From: Candidatus Aphodoplasma sp.
GTDB taxonomy: Bacteria; Bacillota; Clostridia; UBA1381; UMGS1253
Reading direction: 5' to 3'
Assembly (NCBI GenBank): GCA_045626925.1
Contig: JAZUQZ010000031.1
Location: 11,087 to 75,086, forward strand
DNA: 64,000 nt
Shown piece after piece: positions 18,427-27,911 of this stretch. Position 1 is the stretch's first letter. Every line of letters begins with the position of its first letter. A program made the position numbers and the translations under genes. The notes under the pieces are model-generated. The model was not told the DNA's origin and did not search any database. It worked only from the letters and a program-made list of their open reading frames with translations.

Positions 18427-18909
18427 ATGCAGCTGAAAATGCAGAAAGACGGTAAATGGTATATGTATTTTGAAGATATAAAAATCGGAACACAAATCGA
18501 AATAGCACCTGCAATTATTGAAAAAGAAAAGATGCTTTCCTTTGCAAAAGATTATGACAATATCCCGCTTCATACCGATGAAGAATATGCAAAGAAAAGT
18601 CCTTTCGGCAAGTTAATTGCACCGGGGGTTATGTCCTTTATGTCTGTATGGGCAAAGTTTTTGGAAGTAGACATTTTTGGCGAGGAGCTTCTTGCCGGAA
18701 AGTCTACCAAAATTGAATGGCATAAGCCTGTTTTTGCGGAAGATGTACTAACCGGAAAGGCAGTTATAACAAATTGTATAGAGCGAAATGCCAAAAACGG
18801 ACTTGTGGAAATAACCATCTATGCCTATAATCAAAACGGTGCTCTTGTCCTTACTGATGTAACTGAAGCGATTGTGAAAAAAAGATATGATTCTTCTTTG
18901 TGTAATTAG
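18427..18909 (+). CDS. MaoC-like hotdog-fold (enoyl-CoA hydratase/dehydratase family) protein
   Basis: FAKDYDNIPLHTDEEYAKKSPFGKLIAPGVMSF matches the MaoC-dehydratase signature region. The true start may be the Met at 18463. Confidence 0.75.
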   Translation: MQLKMQKDGKWYMYFEDIKIGTQIEIAPAIIEKEKMLSFAKDYDNIPLHTDEEYAKKSPFGKLIAPGVMSFMSVWAKFLEVDIFGEELLAGKSTKIEWHKPVFAEDVLTGKAVITNCIERNAKNGLVEITIYAYNQNGALVLTDVTEAIVKKRYDSSLCN

Positions 18910-18991
18910 TGATTAAAAAAATTATATCTTTGATTGAAAAGTGCTCTTTTGTGTGTTATTATAATATCAAACAACAAAAAGAGGTGCTGTT

Positions 18992-19282
18992 ATGTATACA
19001 ATATATGTAATTCAAAAAACAAAGGACAATACGCGTGAACAGTTTGTTCAAGAGCTATATGCTGCCGGCGTTGTCGACGCAGTGCGTAACGAAGACGGTT
19101 GCTATCGTTATGACTACTATTTTTCGGAAAAGGATAAAAACGAAATCCTTCTTATAGAGGAATGGGAAAGTGCCGCACACCAAAAAACACACCTTGCCCA
19201 ACCTCATATGGATACCTTGCGCGAAATAAAGTCAAAGTATGTCCTTGACACAAAGCTTGGAGAATTTGAAATAAAAAGCTGA
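18992..19282 (+). CDS. ABM (antibiotic biosynthesis monooxygenase-like) domain protein
   Basis: 96-aa ferredoxin-like alpha+beta protein; LLIEEWESAAHQKTHLAQPHM is typical of ABM/YgiN-like proteins. Confidence 0.7.
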   Translation: MYTIYVIQKTKDNTREQFVQELYAAGVVDAVRNEDGCYRYDYYFSEKDKNEILLIEEWESAAHQKTHLAQPHMDTLREIKSKYVLDTKLGEFEIKS

Positions 19283-19293
19283 TAATTCAAAAG

Positions 19294-19321
19294 AAAAACC
19301 GCTGATGAACAGCGGTTTTTT
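19294..19321. terminator. Bidirectional terminator (ABM gene / SleB-like gene)
   Basis: aaaaaccgctg atgaa cagcggttttt. Confidence 0.85.
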
Positions 19322-19322
19322 A

Positions 19323-20159
19323 TTATAAATAAAAGTCATGATTGTTAATCGTTTTATAAAAGGTCCTATTTTTTTCTATCCAGCTACTCGTCGCAATTTT
19401 CGGATTAAAAAAGTATAAACACTCACCAACGGTATTTTCCCCACGAAGTGTACGCTTTGCGCTTATAACACTCTCGCTTGTGGGCGTATTATAAATCGTA
19501 CCATTTATCACGGGTTCAAACTGGACCCCGTCTTTTTTGTCAAAAATCACATTATAAATAGTATTCGGAAAGTTTTTGCTCCGCACCCTGTTAAGCACTA
19601 CATTTCCTACACCAATTTTGCCGTTTGCCGGCTCGCTTGCGCTTTCAGCACTGATAATTCTCGCAAGCCATAATACTTCATCGTTTGTATACCTTTTATC
19701 AATATTTGACGAATCAACATTTATACCGTTTTTGTTTATAACTACATTATAATATTCGCTGTCCCATTTAACTGTTGCCCCAAAGCTTTCCGCAATAAAC
19801 CTTGCAGGGACAAAAAGTCTTGAGTCTAAAATTTTTGCACTTGCACTAAGTATAACTTTCTTTCCGTTTACATATGCATCATTTCTGCCCTCATACAAAA
19901 CAATAGTATCTGTGCCGTTTTGGACTGTTGCTTGTGACAAAGCTTCGTCCCAGATGACTTTTTCTGCACCAAGAGCATCGCTTACAAATCGTATCGGAAC
20001 ATATACGGTATCATATTCTATAAACGCCGGCTCTTGCGCTTTTATAAAACTTCCATTTACCAAGATATCAATCGGTATGTTTTCGTCTGCCGTTTTATAT
20101 GCAAACGCACTAGTCATGCTCATTAACATAATACATAAAAATAATATAAATTTCTTCAC
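19323..20159 (-). CDS. Secreted cell-wall hydrolase: copper-amine-oxidase-N-like stalk domain + SleB/CwlJ (Hydrolase_2) catalytic domain
   Basis: GTG start with GGTGAG RBS, then a signal peptide. The stalk-like region reads VYVPIRFVSDALGAE ... LFVPARFIAESFGA. The C-terminal domain (GVGNVVLNRVRSKNFPNTIYNVIFDKKDGVQFEPV) is typical of SleB-type spore cortex lytic enzymes. Confidence 0.8.
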   Translation of the reverse strand: MKKFILFLCIMLMSMTSAFAYKTADENIPIDILVNGSFIKAQEPAFIEYDTVYVPIRFVSDALGAEKVIWDEALSQATVQNGTDTIVLYEGRNDAYVNGKKVILSASAKILDSRLFVPARFIAESFGATVKWDSEYYNVVINKNGINVDSSNIDKRYTNDEVLWLARIISAESASEPANGKIGVGNVVLNRVRSKNFPNTIYNVIFDKKDGVQFEPVINGTIYNTPTSESVISAKRTLRGENTVGECLYFFNPKIATSSWIEKNRTFYKTINNHDFYL

Positions 20160-20309
20160 AACTGCTCACCTCACATTTTATGTCACATCTTTTTGCAAAG
20201 ACTTATGTTAATGATATCATATTATGTAAACCAATTCAACTTAAAATTCTTTCTAAAACTGTAAAAAAATACTGTTTTTTAATAAATTTAATAAATATTA
20301 CGATTTTTC

Positions 20310-20338
20310 TTGCAAGAATGTTTAAAATTTGGTACAAT
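20310..20338 (+). promoter_or_regulatory. Putative sigma-A promoter of the response regulator / kinase operon
   Basis: TTGCAA (20310-20315), 17 nt, TACAAT (20333-20338) with upstream TG. Confidence 0.6.
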
Positions 20339-20381
20339 ATTCATATATTAAGGTTTATTTTTATAAGCGGAGGTATCTATT

Positions 20382-21092
20382 ATGGACAGACTTGTATTGA
20401 TAGTAGATGACGAAAGACCTATTGTTGACATATTAAAGTACAATCTTGAAAAAGACGGATATACTACAATCGAGGCTTATGATGGTGCACAAGCGCTTGA
20501 GCTTGCAATATCGCAAAACCCGGACATTATTTTGCTTGATGTTATGCTTCCGAAAATGGACGGTTTTGAGGTATGTCGCAAAGTGCGTGAAAAGCGCCCG
20601 TCTGTGCCGATATTGATGCTTACAGCCCGCGAAGAAGAGGTTGATAAGGTTTTGGGGCTTGAGCTTGGGGCAGATGATTATATAACAAAGCCATTTTCTG
20701 TGCGCGAGCTTATGGCAAGAGTTAAAGCAAACCTTCGTCGTTCGAATGCAGAGCAACCCGAGGTGTCAAACGAGGTCTCGAGCTCTATAAACGCAGGTCG
20801 TATTGTTATAAATCTCGACAGATATGAGGTAAGTCGCGACAACAAGGTTGTAGACCTTACGCTTCGCGAATTTGAACTTTTAAAATTTCTTGCAACCCAG
20901 CCTGATAAAGTATTTACACGAGAAATGCTTTTAGAAAAGGTGTGGGGATATGAATATTACGGCGATGTAAGAACGGTCGATGTTACTATCAGGCGTCTTC
21001 GTGAAAAAATCGAAGACGACCCAAGTATGCCAAACTTTATCGTTACAAAGCGCGGCGTTGGGTATTGCTTTAACAAAGACAACATAAAATAA
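20382..21092 (+). CDS. walR: OmpR-family response regulator, WalR/YycF-like
   Basis: The receiver domain is close to B. subtilis WalR as I remember it (LVDDE.PI.DIL..NL.K.GY ... GADDYITKPFS.REL.ARVKANLRR). A winged-helix C-terminus follows. Confidence 0.75.
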   Translation: MDRLVLIVDDERPIVDILKYNLEKDGYTTIEAYDGAQALELAISQNPDIILLDVMLPKMDGFEVCRKVREKRPSVPILMLTAREEEVDKVLGLELGADDYITKPFSVRELMARVKANLRRSNAEQPEVSNEVSSSINAGRIVINLDRYEVSRDNKVVDLTLREFELLKFLATQPDKVFTREMLLEKVWGYEYYGDVRTVDVTIRRLREKIEDDPSMPNFIVTKRGVGYCFNKDNIK

Positions 21093-21157
21093 AGTTTAAC
21101 TCTTTGGGGCGGACCTATATGGCCGCCCATAATTATATGTATTGTATGGTGAGGAAA

Positions 21158-22954
21158 ATGTTTAAAAGCTTACAATGGAAAATCGTAATAATGTTTTTGC
21201 TCCTTGTGTTGTCGGTGCTTATTATCGCAGGTACGGTACTTATTACAAAGGTCGGAGAGTTTTATTTTCAGCGCTTTTCAAACGATATGGAGGTCGTTTT
21301 TACAGACCAACAAATAACAAGCCAGCTCACAAGCGCAGCAAGTTCAGACAACTCGCTTAAAAAAATATCTGAAATAATAGTCACCTATTCCGACGCAGGG
21401 CGCCTTGGGATAAATCAAAACAGAAACTACTACATTCTTGATGCAAAAACAGCAGGATATCAAGATGGCTCAGACCCGCAAACAGGTGATTTGCTTGAAA
21501 AAACGCCGAATATAATTGCAGCGATGAATGGCGAAATCGGCAACAGCATCAACACCCAGAGCAAATTTATGGACTATGCATATCCTGTAATTGCAAACGG
21601 AAGTGTGCGATATGTTATTTATATTAAAGACAACAAAGATGAAGTCGCAGGAATTATTGAAAGTATTTTTCTTATAATTTTACAGGCGATTGGCTGGGGT
21701 GTATTTATTTCGTTAATTCTTGGATATTTTCTTTCAAAAAATATTACAAAACCGATAATTACACTTACAAAAAGGGCAGAAAAGCTTGCAAGCTTTGAAG
21801 AGCCGGAAAGCTATACAAGCGCAAAAAAATCCGATGATGAAATCGGCATTTTGGCAGATACATTCAGTTTTATGTCAAAGGAGCTTTTTAAAACACTCGA
21901 GCAAATTGAAGGCGAAAAAACAAAGATGGAAACTATTCTTGTAAATCTTACAGATGGTGTAATCGCTTTTGATTTGAACGGAAAAATTATTCATATAAAT
22001 CCGGCTGCAAAGCGTATGCTTTCGATTTTTAACCCCGATATTGTTGAATTTAATCAGCTTTTTAATGACATCGGTGTAAAAATAAATCTGGGCGATATTG
22101 TATATCTTGGGAAAAATAAAACATTTGAGCGCAGCATAAATCTTAATTATCAGATTATAAAGGCGTTTTTTGCGGCATTTATGTCGGATAAAGACAAAGA
22201 AACAGAAAAAATCGGCGGCGTCGTTGTTGCGCTGCAGGATATTACAAAGCAACAAAAGCTTGATAATTCAAGACGCGAATTTGTTGCAAATGTATCACAC
22301 GAGCTTCGTACACCGCTTACAACAGTAAAATCGTACACAGAGACACTTCTTGATACAACAAAAGAAGACGGTATGGAAAAACATTTTTTAGAGGTAATAA
22401 ATTCCGAGGTCGACCGAATGACACGAATTGTAAAAGACCTGCTCACGCTTTCAAGGCTCGACCATAGCAAAGAAACACTAAAAAAAGATGAGATAGATTT
22501 GCGTGTTTTAATTGACGGTGTTGTGGAAAAGCTTTCATTTAGTGCAAAAGAGCGCAAACAATCGCTTGTACACTCATTTACAACAAATATCCCGCCATAT
22601 ATAGGTGATAGGGACAAAATTGAACAAGTTCTTATAAACATAGTTTCAAATGCAATAAAATATACACCTGACGGTGGAAATATTGATGTTTTTGCAGGAA
22701 AAATATATAACGAAATTTATATAAAGGTCAAAGATAACGGCATAGGTATTCCAAAGTCAGATATAAAAAGAATTTTTGAAAGATTTTACAGAGTTGATAA
22801 AGCAAGAACGAGAAAAGCCGGTGGTACAGGGCTTGGGCTTGCAATTGCAAAAGAGATTATTGAGGCGCATGGCGGAAAAATATCAATCCAATCCGATACA
22901 GGCAAAGGGTGCGAGGTTATGATTACCCTGCCTATAACAAATAAGAAAAAATAA
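21158..22954 (+). CDS. walK: Sensor histidine kinase, WalK/VicK-like (2 TM, HAMP, PAS, HisKA, HATPase)
   Basis: Start at 21158 (GGTGAGGAAA RBS). H-box FVANVSHELRTPLT, with N, G1 and G2 boxes (NAIKYTP, DNGIGI, GGTGLGLAI). No yycH/yycI/walJ homologs follow. Confidence 0.75.
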   Translation: MFKSLQWKIVIMFLLLVLSVLIIAGTVLITKVGEFYFQRFSNDMEVVFTDQQITSQLTSAASSDNSLKKISEIIVTYSDAGRLGINQNRNYYILDAKTAGYQDGSDPQTGDLLEKTPNIIAAMNGEIGNSINTQSKFMDYAYPVIANGSVRYVIYIKDNKDEVAGIIESIFLIILQAIGWGVFISLILGYFLSKNITKPIITLTKRAEKLASFEEPESYTSAKKSDDEIGILADTFSFMSKELFKTLEQIEGEKTKMETILVNLTDGVIAFDLNGKIIHINPAAKRMLSIFNPDIVEFNQLFNDIGVKINLGDIVYLGKNKTFERSINLNYQIIKAFFAAFMSDKDKETEKIGGVVVALQDITKQQKLDNSRREFVANVSHELRTPLTTVKSYTETLLDTTKEDGMEKHFLEVINSEVDRMTRIVKDLLTLSRLDHSKETLKKDEIDLRVLIDGVVEKLSFSAKERKQSLVHSFTTNIPPYIGDRDKIEQVLINIVSNAIKYTPDGGNIDVFAGKIYNEIYIKVKDNGIGIPKSDIKRIFERFYRVDKARTRKAGGTGLGLAIAKEIIEAHGGKISIQSDTGKGCEVMITLPITNKKK

Positions 22955-23143
22955 TATTTAAGGGGATATTAAATAAAACAAAAAATTGTTCTTATTTTGT
23001 TTAATAATTATTTTTTGTTTGTTCATACCAAATTCATATTTATGCTTTATAATATGTATTACAACAAAGAAGTCTTCTTCATATATTTCCCCTTAAAATA
23101 TAAGGACGCTGTCATAAAAAACAGCGTCTTTATATTTTTATTA

Positions 23144-23449
23144 TTAAAATTCGTAATCAACAATAGTTCGTGACAAGCAGACCTCTCTTACAAATCCGGA
23201 TACAGCTTTGTGATCGGGGTTTACTTGGTAACGACCAAGCGCCTGCATATCATCAAACTCTGTTATAAGACATAAATCAGAAGCAAAAGCTTCCTCTTCG
23301 TTGATATTTATGCCAACCTCGAGCGATTTTATTTCGTCTATAAGCCCGACAAGCGCTTCAAGTTTTTGCTTTATAATTTTTGCATTTTCAAGCTTTGACG
23401 CACCGTTTGCTTCATCTTTAAGTTTCCATACAACTATGTGCTTTATCAT
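23144..23449 (-). CDS. Dabb (stress-responsive alpha/beta barrel) domain protein
   Basis: MIKHIVVWKLKDE start and about 100 aa, typical of Dabb family proteins. Confidence 0.7.
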   Translation of the reverse strand: MIKHIVVWKLKDEANGASKLENAKIIKQKLEALVGLIDEIKSLEVGININEEEAFASDLCLITEFDDMQALGRYQVNPDHKAVSGFVREVCLSRTIVDYEF

Positions 23450-23499
23450 ATATTACAGCTCCTTTTTTATTATTTACAACACCTATTATAATACAAAAC

Positions 23500-23885
23500 T
23501 TTTTATATATCAATAGGCAAATAATATTGATTTTAACTCTTGCTTATTTACTATTTATTTGTTATAATATATAAGTAGATTTGTCTTTATCAGAAATTGA
23601 TTTTGTTGTTTTTATATCGTTTTTTGTTTAATATAATTTTATTATTTTTACAAGCAAAAAACATAAATACAATATATTGATTTTTAAAAATTTTATAATT
23701 TATTTTACCACAATTTTATCCACAATAGAAAATATATAAAAATGCGTATTTATCGACATTTTTTTAAATTACAAAATATTTATCCACAAATGTTTATAAC
23801 TATGTGGATAACTTATATATTTTTCACTATACAATACTTTGTTTTTATAAAATTGATTATTATTTTTTAAGGAGTTTTTTGAAAG
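23500..23885. other. oriC: oriC, upstream (dnaA-promoter-proximal) half: very AT-rich region with a DnaA-box cluster
   Basis: Perfect DnaA boxes TTATCCACA at 23716-23724 and 23780-23788. An inverted perfect box TGTGGATAA lies at 23803-23811, and a one-mismatch box TTATCGACA at 23750-23758. The motif ATTGATTTT recurs at about 23527, 23596 and 23676. Confidence 0.85.
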
Positions 23886-25220
23886 ATGCAAGTAACACAA
23901 ATTTGGAGTAATGTATTAAAATTGATAGAACCTGAAGTTACAGATATTGCCTTTTCAACATGGTTTAAAGATATAAATCCTGTTGCAATTGATGGCAAGA
24001 CTCTTATACTTTCTGTTTCAAATGACCTTATATTATCTGCATTGAAAAGAAGATATTTTGACCTTATACAAAATGCAGCAAACTCTGTATTTGGAGAAGA
24101 TTATAATATAAATCTTGTCATAGGTGACGATTATAAACCTGAAAACCAAATAAATGAATCAAATAATATGAATATGGCTTCTGCTGATGGATTCTTTTTA
24201 AATCCAAAATATACTTTTGAAACATTTGTCGTTGGTAATTCAAATCATTTTGCACATGCGGCTGCAGTTGCTGTTGCAGAAGCGCCGGCACAGACATATA
24301 ACCCGCTTTTCTTATATGGCGATTCCGGTCTTGGTAAAACACATCTTATACAAGCAATTGCAAACTATGCAAAACAAATAAATCCTGATTCAAAAATTGT
24401 ATATATTTCTTCTGAAAAATTTACAACAGAGCTTATAAATGCAATATCTACAAGAACAACAGAACAATTTCGTTCAAAGTTTAGAAATGCAGATATTCTT
24501 TTAATTGATGATATACAATTTCTTGCCGGAAAGGAAATGGCCCAAGAAGAATTTTTCCATACATTTAATGAACTTTATAACGCAAATAAACAAATAGTAC
24601 TTACAAGTGACCGTCTCCCGCGAGAAATAAATACATTAGAGGACAGACTTCGTACACGATTTGAGGGTGGACTTATGGGCGATATAAAACCGCCCGATTA
24701 TGAAACAAGAATTGCTATATTACAAAAAAAGGCATCACAAGATAATGTTGAGGTTCCATATGATGTATATTGTTATATGGCAGACAGTATAAAATCAAAT
24801 ATACGCGAGCTTGAAGGAGCTCTTACAAGAATAATATCTTATTCAAAAATTACCGGCAGAAAGCTTGATTTACAGCTTGCAGAGGAGGCACTTTCGACTG
24901 TTATAGAACAAAAAGGTGTTATAAGAATTACTGCAAAATCTATAAATGAAACAGTATCAAAATATTATAATATTCCGATTGAAGATATTAAAGGTAAAAG
25001 AAAAACACAGGATATTTCTGATGCAAGACAAGTTGCAATGTATTTGTGCAGAACACTTACAGATATGTCATTTGTAGTTATAGGAAAAGAATATGGCGGA
25101 AGACATTATACAACCGTAATGCATGCAGTAGATAATATCGAAGAAAGTATAAAAAATAATAGTGAGGTTGCATCTGCAATAGAAACAATGACAAAACAAT
25201 TAAAGACAATTTTGGGATAA
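23886..25220 (+). CDS. dnaA: Chromosomal replication initiator protein DnaA
   Basis: 444-aa full-length DnaA: Walker A GDSGLGKTHL, sensor motifs, and a C-terminal DNA-binding domain (RQVAMYLCR...GGRHYTTVMHA). Confidence 0.97.
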   Translation: MQVTQIWSNVLKLIEPEVTDIAFSTWFKDINPVAIDGKTLILSVSNDLILSALKRRYFDLIQNAANSVFGEDYNINLVIGDDYKPENQINESNNMNMASADGFFLNPKYTFETFVVGNSNHFAHAAAVAVAEAPAQTYNPLFLYGDSGLGKTHLIQAIANYAKQINPDSKIVYISSEKFTTELINAISTRTTEQFRSKFRNADILLIDDIQFLAGKEMAQEEFFHTFNELYNANKQIVLTSDRLPREINTLEDRLRTRFEGGLMGDIKPPDYETRIAILQKKASQDNVEVPYDVYCYMADSIKSNIRELEGALTRIISYSKITGRKLDLQLAEEALSTVIEQKGVIRITAKSINETVSKYYNIPIEDIKGKRKTQDISDARQVAMYLCRTLTDMSFVVIGKEYGGRHYTTVMHAVDNIEESIKNNSEVASAIETMTKQLKTILG

Positions 25221-25284
25221 TTATTAACATTTTTATATGAATATGTGAAAATGTTAATGTGGACGAATGTGTATTTGTGATTTG

Positions 25285-25293
25285 TGTGGATAA
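25285..25293. promoter_or_regulatory. DnaA box (TGTGGATAA) in the dnaA-dnaN spacer
   Basis: Perfect consensus in inverted orientation. A two-mismatch box TGTGGACGA lies at 25258-25266. Confidence 0.8.
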
Positions 25294-25357
25294 TTTTTAA
25301 TAGTTTTCCTTGTTTTTTGCTAATAAAAAAACACTATTATATCGCAGAAAAACAGAC

Positions 25358-25430
25358 TTTTCCATAAAATCCATATACACTACTAATACTACTTCTATAA
25401 TTATATTATTATATATTATTTTTTAAAAAG
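25358..25430. other. oriC: oriC, downstream half: two tandem degenerate DnaA boxes followed by a TAN-trinucleotide array and an AT-rich candidate unwinding element
   Basis: TTTTCCATA (25358-25366) and AAATCCATA (25367-25375) are adjacent 9-mers. From 25381 the sequence reads TAC TAA TAC TAC TTC TAT AAT TAT ATT ATT ATA TAT TAT TTT. This resembles the DnaA-trio plus DUE arrangement described for B. subtilis incC. Confidence 0.55.
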
Positions 25431-25442
25431 GAATGATGAAAT

Positions 25443-26549
25443 ATGAAATTTATATGTGACAAATCAAAATTGATAGAAGCTATAAATACTGTTCAAAAAG
25501 CTGTCAGTGCAAAATCGACACTTCCTATTTTAGAAGGTATTTTATTAGAATGTTTAGATAATAAAATTATTCTTACAGGAAATGACCTTGAAATTGGTAT
25601 AAAGTATGAAATTGAAGCAAGTGTTTCTCAAAATGGAAGTATAGTATTAAATTCAAGAATGTTTGGTGATATAATAAGAAAGCTTCCTGATGCTCCTGTT
25701 ATGATTGAAAGTGATGAAAATAATATTACAAATATAAAATGTGTTAATGTAGATTTTAATATTTCCGGCCTTTTAGCATCAGAATTTCCAAAAATTACAG
25801 AGGTTTTAAGAGATAATTTTATAAAAATAGAAGCAAATAAACTTAAAAAAATGATTAGACAGACAATTTTTGCAGTATCAATTCGTGAAAACAAGCCTGT
25901 TTTAACCGGTGCATTATTTGAAATAGAAAATGATAAATTTACAATGGTTGCAAGTGATGGATATAGACTTGCAATAAGAAAAGAAACAATAAAAGACAGT
26001 GAAAAAACAATAAATGCAATTGTTCCGGGTAAAACATTAAATGAACTTTTAAAAATTATAAAAGATGACAATACTTTTATAAATATATATTTTACAGACA
26101 AGAATGTATTGTTTGAATTTGATGATTTTATAGTAACATCTCGTCTTCGTGATGGAGAATATATAAAATACAAGTCTGCAATACCGTCTGAATATAATAT
26201 TGAAATAAATGCAAATGTTATGTCATTTTGTGACTCTATTGACAGAGCATCGCTTATAATAAATACAGATAATTCAAAAAGTCCTCTAAAGCTTGATATA
26301 AAAGACGATACAATAACAATTAGTTGCAGTTCGCATATGGGAAAGGTATCTGATATTATAAATGTTGATTCAAGTGGTGGAGAGCTTGTTATAGGTTTTA
26401 ATCACAGATATTTATGGGATGCATTTAAAAATTGTGATGATGAAGAAGTAAAAATGAAATTTATTTCTGAAAGATATCCACTTATTGTTACACCTACAAA
26501 CAGTGATGAATTTTTGTATATGATACTTCCAATTATTATTCAGTCATAA
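25443..26549 (+). CDS. dnaN: DNA polymerase III beta sliding clamp
   Basis: 368-aa three-domain clamp translation, starting MKFICDKSKLIEAINTVQKAVSAKSTLPILEGILLE. Confidence 0.95.
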   Translation: MKFICDKSKLIEAINTVQKAVSAKSTLPILEGILLECLDNKIILTGNDLEIGIKYEIEASVSQNGSIVLNSRMFGDIIRKLPDAPVMIESDENNITNIKCVNVDFNISGLLASEFPKITEVLRDNFIKIEANKLKKMIRQTIFAVSIRENKPVLTGALFEIENDKFTMVASDGYRLAIRKETIKDSEKTINAIVPGKTLNELLKIIKDDNTFINIYFTDKNVLFEFDDFIVTSRLRDGEYIKYKSAIPSEYNIEINANVMSFCDSIDRASLIINTDNSKSPLKLDIKDDTITISCSSHMGKVSDIINVDSSGGELVIGFNHRYLWDAFKNCDDEEVKMKFISERYPLIVTPTNSDEFLYMILPIIIQS

Positions 26550-26576
26550 AAATATATAAAATTAACGGAGAATATT

Positions 26577-26801
26577 ATGGAAAAAGTAGAGGTTAGTATA
26601 AATACAGAGTATATAAAACTTGACCAACTTTTAAAATACAGCGGTATTGCAGAGAGCGGTAGCGATGCAAAGGATATGATTTTGGACGAAATTGTAAAAT
26701 TTAATGGCGAAGTGTGTACTATGCGCGGTAAAAAAGTACGCAAAGGCGATAATGTTGAGATTGAATTTGAAGATGAAACTGTTTTAATTGTGGTAGGGTA
26801 G
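26577..26801 (+). CDS. yaaA: S4-domain RNA-binding protein YaaA
   Basis: 74-aa S4-like protein in the conserved dnaN-yaaA-recF position. Confidence 0.85.
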   Translation: MEKVEVSINTEYIKLDQLLKYSGIAESGSDAKDMILDEIVKFNGEVCTMRGKKVRKGDNVEIEFEDETVLIVVG

Positions 26802-26802
26802 T

Positions 26803-27900
26803 ATGTATATAACAAATTTAAAACTTAAAGATTTTCGTAATTATGAAAGTGCTGACATAAATTTTATAAATGGTACTAATATAATTTATGGAAACAATGC
26901 CCAAGGAAAAACAAATATACTTGAAGCAATATTTCTTTTTTGCACTGCGCGCTCGCACAGACGCGCCACAGACAGAGAAATTATAAAAAAAGACTGTGAG
27001 CAAAGCATTATTGATATAAAATTCAGTGATGATGTGAGAGATTATGTTGGCAGGATGAAAATTCTTGATGGAAAAAAGAAATTTGTAAATATAAACAATG
27101 TAAATATTAAAAAAATAAGTCATATTGCTGATTATATAAATGTTGTAATGTTTTCGCCGGAGGATTTATTTATAATAAAAGACTCCCCGTCTGTAAGACG
27201 GCGATTTATTGATATGTCTATAAGTCAGATTTCGCCTGTTTATGTTTCATTTCTTAATGATTATTTAAAAATTATAAATCAAAGAAATAATCTTTTAAAA
27301 GAAATAAAACGATATAATAAAAGCGATGAAACACTTGATATATGGGACGAGTATCTTGTTGATTTATCATGTAAAATAATTAAATATCGTCGTGAGTTTA
27401 TAAAAAAGCTTCAAGAATTTTCTAAAAAAATTCACTATGAAATATCAACAGAAAATCTTTTAATAAAGTACATATCAAATTGTAATGAAAATATTTATGA
27501 TGATGAGAAATTATATACAGAGCTTTGTGAAAAAATAAAAAAATCGAGAAAGCGCGATATTGAAACCGGCATGACTAACATTGGCGCACACAGGGATGAT
27601 TTTGTTTTTTATATAAACGAAAACGATGCAAAAATTTATGGTTCACAGGGACAACAAAGAAGTGTTGTATTGAGTTTAAAGCTTGCACTCACGGAAATTA
27701 TAAAAAATGAAAAAGGAAGCTATCCGATAATTTTATTAGATGATATTATGAGCGAGCTTGATGAGTCGAGAAGACAGTACTTGTCGGGCAAAATTGAGGA
27801 CAAGCAGGTCATTATTACTTGTACCGATAAAGAACAAAAAGCAAATTATTCAAATGTAAAATATTTTAATGTATCAAATAATAGTGTAAAAGAAGAGTAA
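26803..27900 (+). CDS. recF: DNA replication and repair protein RecF
   Basis: MYITNLKLKDFRNYE start, Walker A GNNAQGKTNILEAI, signature GSQGQQRS, Walker B ILLDDIMSELD. Confidence 0.95.
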   Translation: MYITNLKLKDFRNYESADINFINGTNIIYGNNAQGKTNILEAIFLFCTARSHRRATDREIIKKDCEQSIIDIKFSDDVRDYVGRMKILDGKKKFVNINNVNIKKISHIADYINVVMFSPEDLFIIKDSPSVRRRFIDMSISQISPVYVSFLNDYLKIINQRNNLLKEIKRYNKSDETLDIWDEYLVDLSCKIIKYRREFIKKLQEFSKKIHYEISTENLLIKYISNCNENIYDDEKLYTELCEKIKKSRKRDIETGMTNIGAHRDDFVFYINENDAKIYGSQGQQRSVVLSLKLALTEIIKNEKGSYPIILLDDIMSELDESRRQYLSGKIEDKQVIITCTDKEQKANYSNVKYFNVSNNSVKEE

Positions 27901-27911
27901 GAGGTGAGAAG

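Noticed and set aside
22966-23095. Long-range inverted repeat TAAGGGGA ... TCCCCTTA flanking the walK-dabb spacer
   Set aside because: Only 8 bp match, the arms are ~105 nt apart, and the interior is AT-only. The local hairpin at 23105-23128 explains termination better.
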